DNA of 64,000 bases from Treponemataceae bacterium (GCA_963678065.2 CAXXVZ010000003.1:1824001-1888000); one strand, 5' to 3'. Positions 7,303-17,096 are shown, counted from the first letter of the stretch. A program made the numbers and translations. Notes: generated by a model not told the origin, from the letters alone.

Positions 7303-8472
7303 TCATTTCCCGGCCGCCTTCGCGATGCTGTCGGATATTGCGCCATTGAGGGCAAGGCGAGCCGCTGCGAAGTCGACGACGTTCTCGGCATGACTGTAAC
7401 GCTCCATCATTCCGGCGGACTTATGCCCGGCGAGGCGTTGTACAGCGAAGTCAGGAACCCCGGCGGCACGAGTCATTGAAACATAGGTATGACGGAGACC
7501 ATGAAAGACCAGATTGCGTTCCTTGCGAGCATCTTCATTGATACCGATTAACCCGAGGACTCTACGAAAGCCGCGCTCGATCACGTTTTTATCTGCGGGC
7601 CGCGTCGAGTCCCTGTCATTCCATAGAACGAAGGGCGAGGCCTCGGGAGCACAAGCCCGGCACAGCTTCACGGCTTCGAGGACGGCGGCGGGAAGTGGTA
7701 CATCGCGACGGCTCCCGCATTTCGGCGCCTTCACGCCCTCGCCCGCTTGCCAGTTGTGGACGATATGGAGCATTCCCGCCACTTCGTCCACGTCCTCCCA
7801 TTGGAGCCCTACGGCTTCGCCGAGACGGAGCCCGCAGAGAGCGCCGAGGAGAATCGCGCAACGGAGGCGCGGCGATTCCTCGCGAAGCTCTATGATTCTC
7901 GCAAGTTCGTCAACCGAGAGCGTCCCGCGTTCCTTCGGTGTCTCGGCGACATGTGCGAGATATTGGAGCGGATCGGCAACGCGATTTCGGCGCGCCCAGT
8001 CGGAAACCGGCACGCGGACAGCTTGAATCAGACTATTGATCGATCGCGGCCCTACACCTGCCGCAGAGAGCCCGAGGACGATTTTTTCCATGAGAGACTC
8101 ATTGAGCTGATGAAGACGGATGCTCTTCAAAGGAACGCCGAAATGTTTTTTGATTATCATGGCGTTGATTTCGACATAGTGGAGCGAGAGCGGACGGCCG
8201 CGAAGCCGCTTCATCTTGGCATAATCGGAATCGACGCGCCAAAAGTCGGCAAGGAAGTCGAGGATAAAGGGATCGCACTTCGCCCGCCCCTCTCCACGAT
8301 CGTACAAGGCCTTCGCTTCGCATACCGCGGCCGTCTTGGCTGTCGCCTTCAAGGTCTTCGTTAAGACGATGTTTCCATCTTCATCGAAGAATCGGGCGCA
8401 GTAACGAATGACTGATTTTCCAGTAGCACGATCTCGGGAAGTGCGCTTGAAAATAGAAAACGGAGCCCGCAT
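7303..8472 (-). CDS. int: Tyrosine recombinase/integrase
   Basis: Catalytic motifs GLRLGEAVGL, PK, FHGLRHT and AGHKSAGMMERYSH; adjacent to the tRNA att. Confidence 0.95.
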   Translation of the reverse strand: MRAPFSIFKRTSRDRATGKSVIRYCARFFDEDGNIVLTKTLKATAKTAAVCEAKALYDRGEGRAKCDPFILDFLADFWRVDSDYAKMKRLRGRPLSLHYVEINAMIIKKHFGVPLKSIRLHQLNESLMEKIVLGLSAAGVGPRSINSLIQAVRVPVSDWARRNRVADPLQYLAHVAETPKERGTLSVDELARIIELREESPRLRCAILLGALCGLRLGEAVGLQWEDVDEVAGMLHIVHNWQAGEGVKAPKCGSRRDVPLPAAVLEAVKLCRACAPEASPFVLWNDRDSTRPADKNVIERGFRRVLGLIGINEDARKERNLVFHGLRHTYVSMTRAAGVPDFAVQRLAGHKSAGMMERYSHAENVVDFAAARLALNGAISDSIAKAAGK

Positions 8473-8576
8473 AGACCCTTCTTTGCATCGCCTAGTAACG
8501 TAGGCGGTAACTCGGGTTTTGCGTGCTCCGTTTTTAGGTCGCACTCAAGGACGCATGTCCTTGTCTTTCAACTATC

Positions 8577-8658
8577 TGCGGCGAAGAAGACTTGAACTTC
8601 CATGCCTCTCGGCACTAGCACCTCAAGCTAGCGTGTCTACCAATTCCACCATCGCCGC
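8577..8658 (-). tRNA. tRNA-Leu(GAG), CCA not encoded
   Basis: Reverse complement GCGGCGA-TGGTGGAATTGGTAGACAC-G-CTAGC-TTGAGGT-GCTAG-TGCCGAGAGGCAT-GGAAG-TTCAAGT-CTTCT-TCGCCGC-A folds as a cloverleaf with a long variable arm. Confidence 0.95.
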
Positions 8659-8674
8659 GTTTCAATGGCTAAAT

Positions 8675-8703
8675 GTATATCAAAACCTCCGAATGCATGT
8701 CAA
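8675..8703 (-). promoter_or_regulatory. Probable sigma70 promoter of tRNA-Leu
   Basis: TTGACA-18-TATACA on the minus strand just upstream of the tRNA. Confidence 0.5.
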
Positions 8704-8789
8704 TATACCGGTGGAGAAAAACGATCGGCCTCGCGGCGAGCTTCGGTACGCCCCTCCGGAGAAACGCCGGAATCGGCCATGGGACCCGA

Positions 8790-9560
8790 TCATTCCTTTT
8801 CGGGAAGCCTGCCGAGAAGGGCCAAAAGGCCATTCAGGATAGTCATCGGATGCGGCGGACAGCCGGGAATAAAAAGGTCGATGGGGATTATGCCGGTCGC
8901 GCCGTCGCTGGTGTCGGGAAGCCCCCGGTAGATGCCGCCTGAGATGGCGCAGGCTCCAATCGCTATGGCTATTTTCGGCGAGGGCATGGCTTCCCAGGTT
9001 TTTTTCAGCGCTTCTTCCATGTTCTTGCTGACAGGGCCGATGATTATGAGTCCATCAGCGTGACGCGGGGAAGCGGCATAGCTCAGGCCGAACCTGCTTA
9101 GGTCGAAGCCGATCGTTTCGAGAACATTTACGTCGGCCTCGCAGGCATTGCATCCTCCGGCGCTCACCACGCGGAATTTCATGGAGTGGCCGAATTTGGC
9201 GAGCATGTCCCGGCCCAGTTTTTCGATTCCCGCTTCAGAGGGGCCGCCGACCAGAAGATCTTCGCTTTTCCGGGCACCCATGCGAAACGAACCCGAAAAA
9301 ACTATGACCTTTTCAGGGCAGACCCTCGCGCATCCGCCGCAAAAAATACAGCGCCCGAGATCGAGGATGGGCTTCGGTGCAGTGGGCGGAATCGAAATGG
9401 CCGCGGTGGGGCATGCGCTTTCGCACAACCCGCAGGATGTACATTTTTCGGGGAATACTTCAGGCAGGCCGCGATAGCGGGGCGAGAGCATGGGATCCGC
9501 GGCCGGGAACCTGTTCGTCCTATAGCCCTGATGGAGTCGGGCGACAAAAGCGCGTATCAT
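8790..9560 (-). CDS. Ehr/hydrogenase-4-like small subunit fused to a 2x[4Fe-4S] domain (HyfH+HyfI / NuoI+NuoB-like)
   Basis: CTSCGLCESACP and CIFCGGCARVCP, then GGCNACE, SPRHAD, GACAISGG and PGCPPHP. Confidence 0.9.
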   Translation of the reverse strand: MIRAFVARLHQGYRTNRFPAADPMLSPRYRGLPEVFPEKCTSCGLCESACPTAAISIPPTAPKPILDLGRCIFCGGCARVCPEKVIVFSGSFRMGARKSEDLLVGGPSEAGIEKLGRDMLAKFGHSMKFRVVSAGGCNACEADVNVLETIGFDLSRFGLSYAASPRHADGLIIIGPVSKNMEEALKKTWEAMPSPKIAIAIGACAISGGIYRGLPDTSDGATGIIPIDLFIPGCPPHPMTILNGLLALLGRLPEKE

Positions 9561-9569
9561 TGTCGAACC

Positions 9570-11105
9570 TCACAAATCGTGCCCGCAGTACGAGAGGTTG
9601 AAACTCTTGTTGCAAAGCGGGAAATCGGAAATTTGCTGGCCGCGGAGCGCGTAGGCGAGGCCGGACCAATTGTGAAACGAAGGATCGGTGATCTTGTAGG
9701 CGCTGAACCTGCCCTCCGACCCTGTCAGGGCGCAGTGACAGATTTCGCCACGCCAACCTTCGGTGAGGGCGACGGCGAAGGATTCGGGCATGTAGTCAGT
9801 CGGCGCACCTGGGCGCATGTCCGATCGGGCGCCGGACTGCCCAGGCGCCGCAGCTTTCATGACGGGGCCTTCCGGAAGGCTTCCGAGCGTATCGATGACA
9901 AAGCGGGCCGAGCGTTGGTATTCGAGCTGACGGACCATGGCGCGAGCCATCACGTCGCCTGTAGGATACGTGGAAATCGGCACATGGCTGTACTGGAAAA
10001 TACCCGTCGGAAAATCGCTCCGCACATCGGCGGAAAGCCCGCAGGCGCGGGCCGCCGGGCCTACAAGCCCAAGGCCAAAGACGTTCTCCTTTGTCAGCCG
10101 GCCTGTATCCTCAAAGCGTGCGAGGACGGAGGAGTTGTCCCAAAGGAGGTTCACCGCCTCGTCGGTCTGATCGAGCAGCGCCCGGGTCTTTCCGGAAAGC
10201 CCGGCCGCGAGATCGGCTTCCACATCGAACAGGGTTCCGCCGGGGCGCAGCAGATTTCGCCCGAAGCGATTGCCGCACAGTTCGGCCGTCAGGTTGAGAA
10301 AATCGCCGCGGAGCCGACCGCAGAACGATTTTGTCGGAAGATAGCCGACATCGCCAGAGAGGGCGCCCAGATCGCCCACATGGTTCGCCATACGCTCAAA
10401 TTCGAGAGCGATCGCCCTGATCGCTTCGGCGCGGGCCGGGGCTTTGGTAGCCGCAAGCGCCTCGCACAGGAGGGAATGGGCATAGCTGTGGCCAATGGTC
10501 GTGTCGCCCGCGGCAGTTTCCACAAAGGCTGCGGTCCTCCTGTCCGGCCCGCCCCGGAGGGCTTTTTCAAGGCCGCGATGCTGATAGCCGAGGACGATTT
10601 CCAGATGCATGACCGTTTCGCCGTTGCATTGGAAGCGGAAATGCCCCGGCTCGATGACTCCGGCGTGGACCGGCCCGACGGCGACCTCGTGGGCTTCGCC
10701 GCCGGATAATCGGTAGAAGCTTGTCGTAAAAGGATTTCTGACGGGCTTGAGCCAGGGATGCCCCTCGGGCATGACTCCTGTCTGCTCGTACAGCTCGCGC
10801 TCGAAAAGATGAACGTGCGGGCAATCGGGCGTGAGCGAAGGATATCGACCCCGCACTTCGGTCGAGACAGGATACAGTTCGCCTTTCCCTGAGTCGGCCA
10901 ACACGGCAAAAACGCGAACGCTCCCTTCGCTTTCACCTCCCTGTGCGGTCGGCGGAACGCACAGAGCAGTCGCCGGGACACCGAAAAACGCCGCTACATG
11001 TCCCCCCGAGCCGACGAGCCGGAGCAGCGCCGACCTGAATTCCTCAAACGATTGCAGGGGAATGTCGCTGAGCGGACAGGCCTCTCCGTTGTGAAGCGCC
11101 TTCAT
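9570..11105 (-). CDS. Ehr large subunit (HyfG / NuoC+D-like) lacking the NiFe CxxC motifs
   Basis: FERELYEQTG...GHP, VGPVHAGVIEPGHFRF, LGYQHRG, EGWRGE; ends DFPLCNKSFNLSYCGHDL. Start is coupled to the upstream stop (ATGA). Confidence 0.9.
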   Translation of the reverse strand: MKALHNGEACPLSDIPLQSFEEFRSALLRLVGSGGHVAAFFGVPATALCVPPTAQGGESEGSVRVFAVLADSGKGELYPVSTEVRGRYPSLTPDCPHVHLFERELYEQTGVMPEGHPWLKPVRNPFTTSFYRLSGGEAHEVAVGPVHAGVIEPGHFRFQCNGETVMHLEIVLGYQHRGLEKALRGGPDRRTAAFVETAAGDTTIGHSYAHSLLCEALAATKAPARAEAIRAIALEFERMANHVGDLGALSGDVGYLPTKSFCGRLRGDFLNLTAELCGNRFGRNLLRPGGTLFDVEADLAAGLSGKTRALLDQTDEAVNLLWDNSSVLARFEDTGRLTKENVFGLGLVGPAARACGLSADVRSDFPTGIFQYSHVPISTYPTGDVMARAMVRQLEYQRSARFVIDTLGSLPEGPVMKAAAPGQSGARSDMRPGAPTDYMPESFAVALTEGWRGEICHCALTGSEGRFSAYKITDPSFHNWSGLAYALRGQQISDFPLCNKSFNLSYCGHDL

Positions 11106-12643
11106 TTCACGCTCCAAAGAGATTCCGATGCCCTGGCGATGAGAGTGTGAAGCGTTTCGGGCATCCACAATCCGAGCACGAAGAGGATGGCGAGAGGCAG
11201 GATGACAACGATTTTTTCGGTCCATGTGGAGCCGCTCGTGGCCACAGCATCGGAGACGGGCGGCTTTTTCCACGCCACATCGATGGAATGCCGCAACATG
11301 ACAAGGAACACAAGGCTCGCGGCCGCGAGGACAAGGCCTAGCCCAACGTACGCTTTCATATCGACGGCCGCTTTTATAAGGAGAAACTCGCTCATGAATA
11401 CTCCGGACGGCGCGAGGCCGATGAGAACGAGGAGGCTCGCGACAAAACCCAGCCCCCAAAGCGGCCAGATTTTTGCCGCGCCGTCAAAGGCGGAAAAATC
11501 GTTGCTGTGGAGCCGCTTGCCCAGGGTGCCCGCCGTGTAGAACCCTACAGTCTTGGCAAGCGAATGATTGAGCGTGTGGAAGAGAGCCGCGAAAGTGCCG
11601 ACAGGTCCCAGCGAATAGCCGAACGCGATGATCCCCATGTGCTCGACAGAGCAGTAGGCGAGCATTCTTTTCGCGTCTTTCTGGAAAAATATGAAAATCG
11701 CTGAGAGCACGACCGAAAAGACGCCGATCACCATGAGAATTCCGAGAGGCCGACTCGCCGCCCAGGAAATGCCCGCCGCAGCGGAAGCTGAAACGTCGCC
11801 AATCTGACCCGCGCCCGCCGCTATCGGCAGAAAACGCAAGATGCAGTAGAGGGCCGTATTCAGGATGAAACCGGAGAACATGGCCGACACGGGGCCGGGC
11901 GCCTGGCTGTGCGCATCGGGAAGCCAGTTGTGCATCGGCGCGAGTCCGGCTTTTGTCCCATAACCTATCAGGATGAACACGAAGCCGGCCAGAACCAGCG
12001 TCGGTTCGAGCTTTTCTCTCACGCCGTATATGCGCACGAGAAGAAGGCTCTCGTTCCCCCCGAGACCCGCCTTCTGCGCGGCCGCCGCGGTCAGGAGCGT
12101 GCCTATGAACGCAAAGGCCACGCCCACCGAGCACATGATGATGTATTTCCACATGGCCTCTATCGATGCGGGATTTCCTTCCCGCATGATGAGGAAGGCG
12201 CTCAAGAGAGTGGAAGCCTCTATCCCCACCCACATGATCCCGATATTGCCTGAAATGAGCGCCAGGCTCATCGACGCGAGCGAGCCGAGCCAGAGCATGC
12301 CGAACCGTCTCGCCTTTCCGATGTCCATCGCCTTCCCCGAATCGAAATAGGAAATCGAGAAAAACGAGGCCGGCGTGAAGACCGCGAGAGTGAGTATCAT
12401 GAGGTGCCAGACAGAAAACATATCGATTCTCAAGATACCGGACGCGGCTGAAATGCTTCCCTCGCTCCATACAAGCGCGGCCGATCCGAGGCTCAGCGCA
12501 GCCGACAAGGCCGAAAAGGCCGCCATCAGGACGAGCACCGTTTTAGCCTTCCTCGCCAGAAGCATGAGGAGGATGCCCGCCGCCGGAATTGCGAGGAAAC
12601 TGGTCAGAACAAACGAATTCAGCAATCCAGAATCATGCATCAC
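11102..12643 (-). CDS. hyfF: Antiporter-like proton-translocating membrane subunit (HyfF-like)
   Basis: Polytopic; EAMWKYIIMCSVG, GYGTKAGLAPMHNWLPDAHSQAP, KRMLAYCSVEHMG. Confidence 0.85.
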   Translation of the reverse strand: MMHDSGLLNSFVLTSFLAIPAAGILLMLLARKAKTVLVLMAAFSALSAALSLGSAALVWSEGSISAASGILRIDMFSVWHLMILTLAVFTPASFFSISYFDSGKAMDIGKARRFGMLWLGSLASMSLALISGNIGIMWVGIEASTLLSAFLIMREGNPASIEAMWKYIIMCSVGVAFAFIGTLLTAAAAQKAGLGGNESLLLVRIYGVREKLEPTLVLAGFVFILIGYGTKAGLAPMHNWLPDAHSQAPGPVSAMFSGFILNTALYCILRFLPIAAGAGQIGDVSASAAAGISWAASRPLGILMVIGVFSVVLSAIFIFFQKDAKRMLAYCSVEHMGIIAFGYSLGPVGTFAALFHTLNHSLAKTVGFYTAGTLGKRLHSNDFSAFDGAAKIWPLWGLGFVASLLVLIGLAPSGVFMSEFLLIKAAVDMKAYVGLGLVLAAASLVFLVMLRHSIDVAWKKPPVSDAVATSGSTWTEKIVVILPLAILFVLGLWMPETLHTLIARASESLWSVK

Positions 12644-12644
12644 A

Positions 12645-13289
12645 TCATCCTTTCAGCGAGTCGAGCTTCTGGACATCCAGGTGCTCGAATTCCTCGTGTA
12701 TCTTGTTGGTGGCGACCGACATGACGAAAACTGCCACAATCGCATCGAAGAGGACCCCGAGTTCGACGAGAAGGGGGATTTCCCGCACAAGAGTCAAGCC
12801 CAGACAGTAAATTCCGTTTTCAAGGAGTATGTAGCCGATTATCTGCATGACAGCGAGCCGCCTGCCCACGATCAGGAATGTTCCCGCGAAGATGGTCGTG
12901 AGGGCGACTGTCGAAATGAGGAGTGACTCAGGATCGAGGAAGGCCATCCTCGAGCTCAGCCAGAGAGAAAGCGCGAACAGGACAAGCGTGATAAGCGTCG
13001 AACTGAAGTAGCCGACGAAGGGCTTGAGTTCCCTGTCCGTCCCCGACCCGAGAATGGACTTGTGGAGCAGGCGCGGGAACAGAATACCCCGCAGGATTAT
13101 TCCCGCGGCGGCGATTACGAGGAGTTCCGCGGACATTCCGAGCTCGAACCCGATGATGGCCGGCAAAAGGCCCAGCGCAAAGCCCTGTATGCTCACGACA
13201 TGTATGCACGTGCCAAGGCGGCTGTTGGCCGATAACACCAAGTCCGTGACAAGGATGGCCACAAGGAGCACTTCGATAAGCGTTGTCAT
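12645..13289 (-). CDS. hyfE: HyfE-like membrane subunit
   Basis: Hydrophobic; QIIGYILLENGI...PLLVELGVLFD. Confidence 0.85.
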   Translation of the reverse strand: MTTLIEVLLVAILVTDLVLSANSRLGTCIHVVSIQGFALGLLPAIIGFELGMSAELLVIAAAGIILRGILFPRLLHKSILGSGTDRELKPFVGYFSSTLITLVLFALSLWLSSRMAFLDPESLLISTVALTTIFAGTFLIVGRRLAVMQIIGYILLENGIYCLGLTLVREIPLLVELGVLFDAIVAVFVMSVATNKIHEEFEHLDVQKLDSLKG

Positions 13290-14206
13290 AGAATCCCCTT
13301 CAAAAGCAGAGCCACGAAGGAAAGTGCCATGGCCGAACCGAGGAGCTGCGGCACCTTCATCATACGGAGTCTCGCCATCGCCGACTCTATCGCTCCCGTC
13401 GCCACGGAGAGCGCGACAACCATGACAAGCATGAGGCCAGTCCTCAAAAGCAGGCCCTGTCCAAACAGCGGAAGGACGGTATCGGCAACCAGCACAAAAA
13501 AGAACCAGAGCTTGAGTCCGGAAGCGTATTCGATGAATGCCAAGTCCGGGCCGCTGTTGTCCAGAATCATCACTTCATGGATCATGGTAAGTTCGAGATG
13601 GGTTGTGGGGTCATCCACGGGTATGCGCGAGTTTTCTGAAAGGGCGAGGATGAAAAAGGCCGTCGCCGTCAGTGAAAGCACGACGCCGTTATCGGCGTAG
13701 GAGCCAGCCGAAAGGGCCGAAAGGGCGGACCAAAGCGATCTGCCGCCCGGAATTCCTGAAACCGCGGCGAAACCTACAAGCACGGCCGGCTCGGCGAAGA
13801 CGGCGAAAAAAGCTTCCCTGTTCGCACCCATCCCCTCGAAGGGCGAGGCGGTATCGAGGGCGGCAAGGATGGTGAGAAACCGGGCCAGCCCCAGAAGATA
13901 TACGATCACGACAAAGTCTCCCCTGAACGCCACAAGTCCAGGGAAACTTCCGAATGGCAGCCATGCACAGGCGAGTAAGGCCACGGCCAACGAAACGAGG
14001 GGCGCAAGCTTGAATAGCCATGTGGATGAAGAGCTATAGACTGTCCCTTTCCCGAGCAGTTTCCAGAGGTCGCGATACATCTGGAGAATCGGAAACCCCT
14101 TCCTTCCTGCGAAAAAAGCCTTTGTCCTGCGAATTATCCCTACAATCAGCGGAGAAAACAGAAGGGCGAGCAGAATTGGCAGAAACGATTCGATGGTGAG
14201 TTTCAT
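13286..14206 (-). CDS. hyfC: HyfC/HycD (NuoH-like) membrane subunit
   Basis: GRKGFPILQMYRDLWKLL, AALDTASPFEGMGANRE, ENSRIPVDDPTTHLELTMIHE. Confidence 0.88.
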   Translation of the reverse strand: MKLTIESFLPILLALLFSPLIVGIIRRTKAFFAGRKGFPILQMYRDLWKLLGKGTVYSSSSTWLFKLAPLVSLAVALLACAWLPFGSFPGLVAFRGDFVVIVYLLGLARFLTILAALDTASPFEGMGANREAFFAVFAEPAVLVGFAAVSGIPGGRSLWSALSALSAGSYADNGVVLSLTATAFFILALSENSRIPVDDPTTHLELTMIHEVMILDNSGPDLAFIEYASGLKLWFFFVLVADTVLPLFGQGLLLRTGLMLVMVVALSVATGAIESAMARLRMMKVPQLLGSAMALSFVALLLKGIL

Positions 14207-16188
14207 AGGCCAAGACTCCACACGAGAGCCGCGAACAGGGCGGCGACTATATATAGAACATAAAGATGTATGTTGCCGTGCTGAATCACCGTCACGCGCG
14301 CGAACATATCCTGGAGCCGTCGGTAGCCGGAAACGATCCTTCGCATGACGGGGTCCGAGGTTTCTGTCCTGAATTCCGCTTCCGCCGGGAAAAATCCGCG
14401 ATCGACAGGATTCGGCGCCTTGGTCTTTGTCAGCGGCCGGGTGAACGACAAAATCGGCTCGGCAAAAGAGCTGGCCGTGTACTGCATCCTCGAGTCGGGT
14501 CTGTCGTACCCGCAGCCCCAGGTTTCACGCACGGACACTTCCTTGCCCGCAAGCGCGCGCTTTCGCACAAAATAGAGGATACCGACAAGAGCGAGCAGGG
14601 CAAAGGCGATGATCTGGATTGAGGACAGCGTAGTGCGTATGGCCGAAATCGAAGCGTCGAGGGAATAAATCTGGAGATCCGCGAGGACATTTTCCATTCC
14701 GCCCAAGGCGGCGCCCGGGAAAAGGCCGACCGCGACGCACAGGAGTCCTAGCGCCACCATGGGCCAATACATGGAAGGCGACACCTCATGAGCGTGCTCC
14801 GCTTCACGGCTCCGTGGCTCGCCCAGGAGGGCGATACCGACAAGCTTCGCGAACGCGTACACGGCGAGCGCGCCAATCAGACTCAAACCCGCGATGACAA
14901 GGATGGAAAAGGCCGCGGTCGCGAACTGAGTCGGAAATGAGACGCCTACCGCGCTTGAATAGATCAGAAACTCGCTCGCGAAGCCGCCCAGCGGCGGCAA
15001 ACCGGAAATGGCGACCGCTCCCAAAACCATCGTCGCGCCCGTGCGCGGCAGGCGCTTCAAGAGTCCGCCCATCCGGTTAAGGTCGAGCGTTTCCGCGCTT
15101 GTCTGCAAGGATCCCGCTCCGAGGAAAAGGAGGCTTTTGAAAAGCGAGTGGTTCAGAACATGCAAAAGCGCTCCCGCGAATCCAAGGAACATGAGCGTCG
15201 TATTTCCGCACGCTTCTCCCAATATCCCGATTCCGAGCGCCATGCCGATGATGCCGATATTCTCCACGCTGGAATAGGCGAGCATCCCCTTCATGTTTTG
15301 CCGCGAGATTGCCATGACTATCCCCGCAAGCCCCGATACGACACCCAGTATGAGGATGAGCCAGCCTTCCCATGGACGAATTTCGCCCATAAACGAGAGG
15401 ACAAGGAGAATCCCGTAGATGGCGGTCTTGATCATGACTCCCGACATGATCGCTGAAACGTGGCTCGGGGCGGCAGGATGCGCCTCGGGAAGCCAGACAT
15501 GAGCGGGAAAGAAGCCGGCCTTCATCCCAAATCCGATAAGAGCGCATACAAACAGGATGGCGGACAGATCCGGCGCTATGTGCGAGGCGTGGGACCTGAA
15601 CGCTTCGAAGTCGAAGGAACCGCTTTCCCGCGCGAGGAGTGAGAACATGACGAGGAGAAAAGCCGCCCCCACATGGGTAAACACGAGATATATCCACCCT
15701 GCCCTTCTTGTTTCGGGCCTCTCGTTCGAAAATTCCACAAGAAAATAGCTCGAAAGCGACATGAGTTCCCACGAAATCATGAAAAATACGGCATTTTCGG
15801 CAGTCACCACGCACATCATGCTGACGACGAGCGCGTTGAAAAGGAACCAATGCTGCTTAAGACGGCCAGGAATCTCGCCGTAATGCCGCAGATATCCCGG
15901 GGCGTACACAGAAGCGAGGCCAGACACGAGCGAAATGAGCAAGAGGAAAAAAGACGAGAGTGGTTTGAGGGAAAAAAGCGCCTGTCCGGCCGGCAGCCGC
16001 CAGAAAACAAGGTAAATCTCGTGCCCCGGGTTCCCAGACACGCCCAGAATGCCCGCAATGAATACAAAGACACATCCTGTCACACCCGCTATCATCCCGG
16101 CGCGGTTGACCCGCTCAGCCGTTTTCTGAAAGACGGGGAAAAGCCATCCCGCCAGCAGAACCGCAATGCCTACACCGTAGAATATCAT
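14203..16188 (-). CDS. hyfB: HyfB-like antiporter-type membrane subunit
   Basis: WELMSLSSYFLV, GFGMKAGFFPAHVWLPEAHPAAPSHVSA, LAYSSVENIG, TWGCGY...MQYTASSFAEP; GAGGG RBS before the ATG at 16188. Confidence 0.88.
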   Translation of the reverse strand: MIFYGVGIAVLLAGWLFPVFQKTAERVNRAGMIAGVTGCVFVFIAGILGVSGNPGHEIYLVFWRLPAGQALFSLKPLSSFFLLLISLVSGLASVYAPGYLRHYGEIPGRLKQHWFLFNALVVSMMCVVTAENAVFFMISWELMSLSSYFLVEFSNERPETRRAGWIYLVFTHVGAAFLLVMFSLLARESGSFDFEAFRSHASHIAPDLSAILFVCALIGFGMKAGFFPAHVWLPEAHPAAPSHVSAIMSGVMIKTAIYGILLVLSFMGEIRPWEGWLILILGVVSGLAGIVMAISRQNMKGMLAYSSVENIGIIGMALGIGILGEACGNTTLMFLGFAGALLHVLNHSLFKSLLFLGAGSLQTSAETLDLNRMGGLLKRLPRTGATMVLGAVAISGLPPLGGFASEFLIYSSAVGVSFPTQFATAAFSILVIAGLSLIGALAVYAFAKLVGIALLGEPRSREAEHAHEVSPSMYWPMVALGLLCVAVGLFPGAALGGMENVLADLQIYSLDASISAIRTTLSSIQIIAFALLALVGILYFVRKRALAGKEVSVRETWGCGYDRPDSRMQYTASSFAEPILSFTRPLTKTKAPNPVDRGFFPAEAEFRTETSDPVMRRIVSGYRRLQDMFARVTVIQHGNIHLYVLYIVAALFAALVWSLGL

Positions 16189-16261
16189 CGTTCCCTCTTC
16201 ATATCCGAAATGCGCGACGAAGACCGCCGATGACGGGCACACTTCGCGCTGGCCCCGCCTC

Positions 16262-16954
16262 TCATGCCGGTTTTTCTCCGCCGCCCGTTTTCTGCTCGAT
16301 GGCGTGAACAGCATCGAGAATTCTATCTCTGGACGCTCCGGAATCAAGAAGTTGCCTGAATCCCTCGTCCCGCAGGACGAACATGAGCATGGAAAGGAGG
16401 CGAAGGTGACATTTTATGCTGGGCGACACCATGGAAAAAACGATTCTCACCGGTTGGCCGTCCATGGCGCCAAAGTCCACGGGCTCTTCCAGGAAACACA
16501 GGGCGACCGAGGGCGTTTCCGCCCGAACGACCACAGGATTGCGCACGTGGGGTATCGCTATTCCCTCGCCTATGGCTGTCGTCCCGAGCTTTTCGCGGGC
16601 GAGGAGAAACTGATAGAACAGTTCCCTGTCGGTTCCTTCCGGAAGTTTGATGTAATTGGCCACGGATCGGACAACCTCATCCCGGATCTTTCCCTCTACA
16701 CGGTAAAAAATTCCCCCATTCTCCAAGGCCTGCGACAAGGTAAAATCGCAAACCGGATCCTTTTCTTCGTCAGTTTCGAAATGAGGATCTATCCGGACCT
16801 TGTGCGAAGCCGACCACTCGAGCAGTTCCTCATGGCTGAAGCGATATTGGCCGTTTATGCGATAGTGCGGCAGATTGTCGCTCGCTATCCAGCGATAGAC
16901 CGATTTTTCGGAAATATCGAAAAGGCGGGCGACATCCTTGACCGAAAGCTTCAT
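16262..16954 (-). CDS. Excisionase-type HTH fused to a PTS EIIA (Ntr/Fru-like) domain
   Basis: N-terminal LSVKDVARLFDISEKSVYRWI...YRINGQYRF; C-terminal REKLGTTAIGEGIAIPH...VDFGAMDGQPV; GGAGG RBS. Confidence 0.88.
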   Translation of the reverse strand: MKLSVKDVARLFDISEKSVYRWIASDNLPHYRINGQYRFSHEELLEWSASHKVRIDPHFETDEEKDPVCDFTLSQALENGGIFYRVEGKIRDEVVRSVANYIKLPEGTDRELFYQFLLAREKLGTTAIGEGIAIPHVRNPVVVRAETPSVALCFLEEPVDFGAMDGQPVRIVFSMVSPSIKCHLRLLSMLMFVLRDEGFRQLLDSGASRDRILDAVHAIEQKTGGGEKPA

Positions 16955-17096
16955 GTAGCTTCCTCCAAAACTGACTTCTGCTTTGATACCGACAGGCGCC
17001 AAGGCGCAGACGCATCCGGAAAGCGGACACAGACGCGACAATTGTCTCGTTCGCGAGAAAATTGACCAAACGAGAATGTCTAACAGTACACCACAT

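Larger units (their letters stand above)
2078..8628. mobile_element. tRNA-Leu-integrated element (~6.5 kb, phage-satellite/PICI-like gene order)
   Basis: Flanking tRNA-derived direct repeats, a tyrosine integrase adjacent to the tRNA, a TA module, an Xis-like HTH and a DUF3631-like ATPase. All supported genes are on the minus strand and the composition is visibly more AT-rich than the flanks. Confidence 0.92.

Noticed and set aside
9570..11105. Annotation as a genuine NiFe hydrogenase-4/formate hydrogenlyase
   Set aside because: Both CxxC Ni-binding motifs are absent and there are no maturation or fdh genes nearby.
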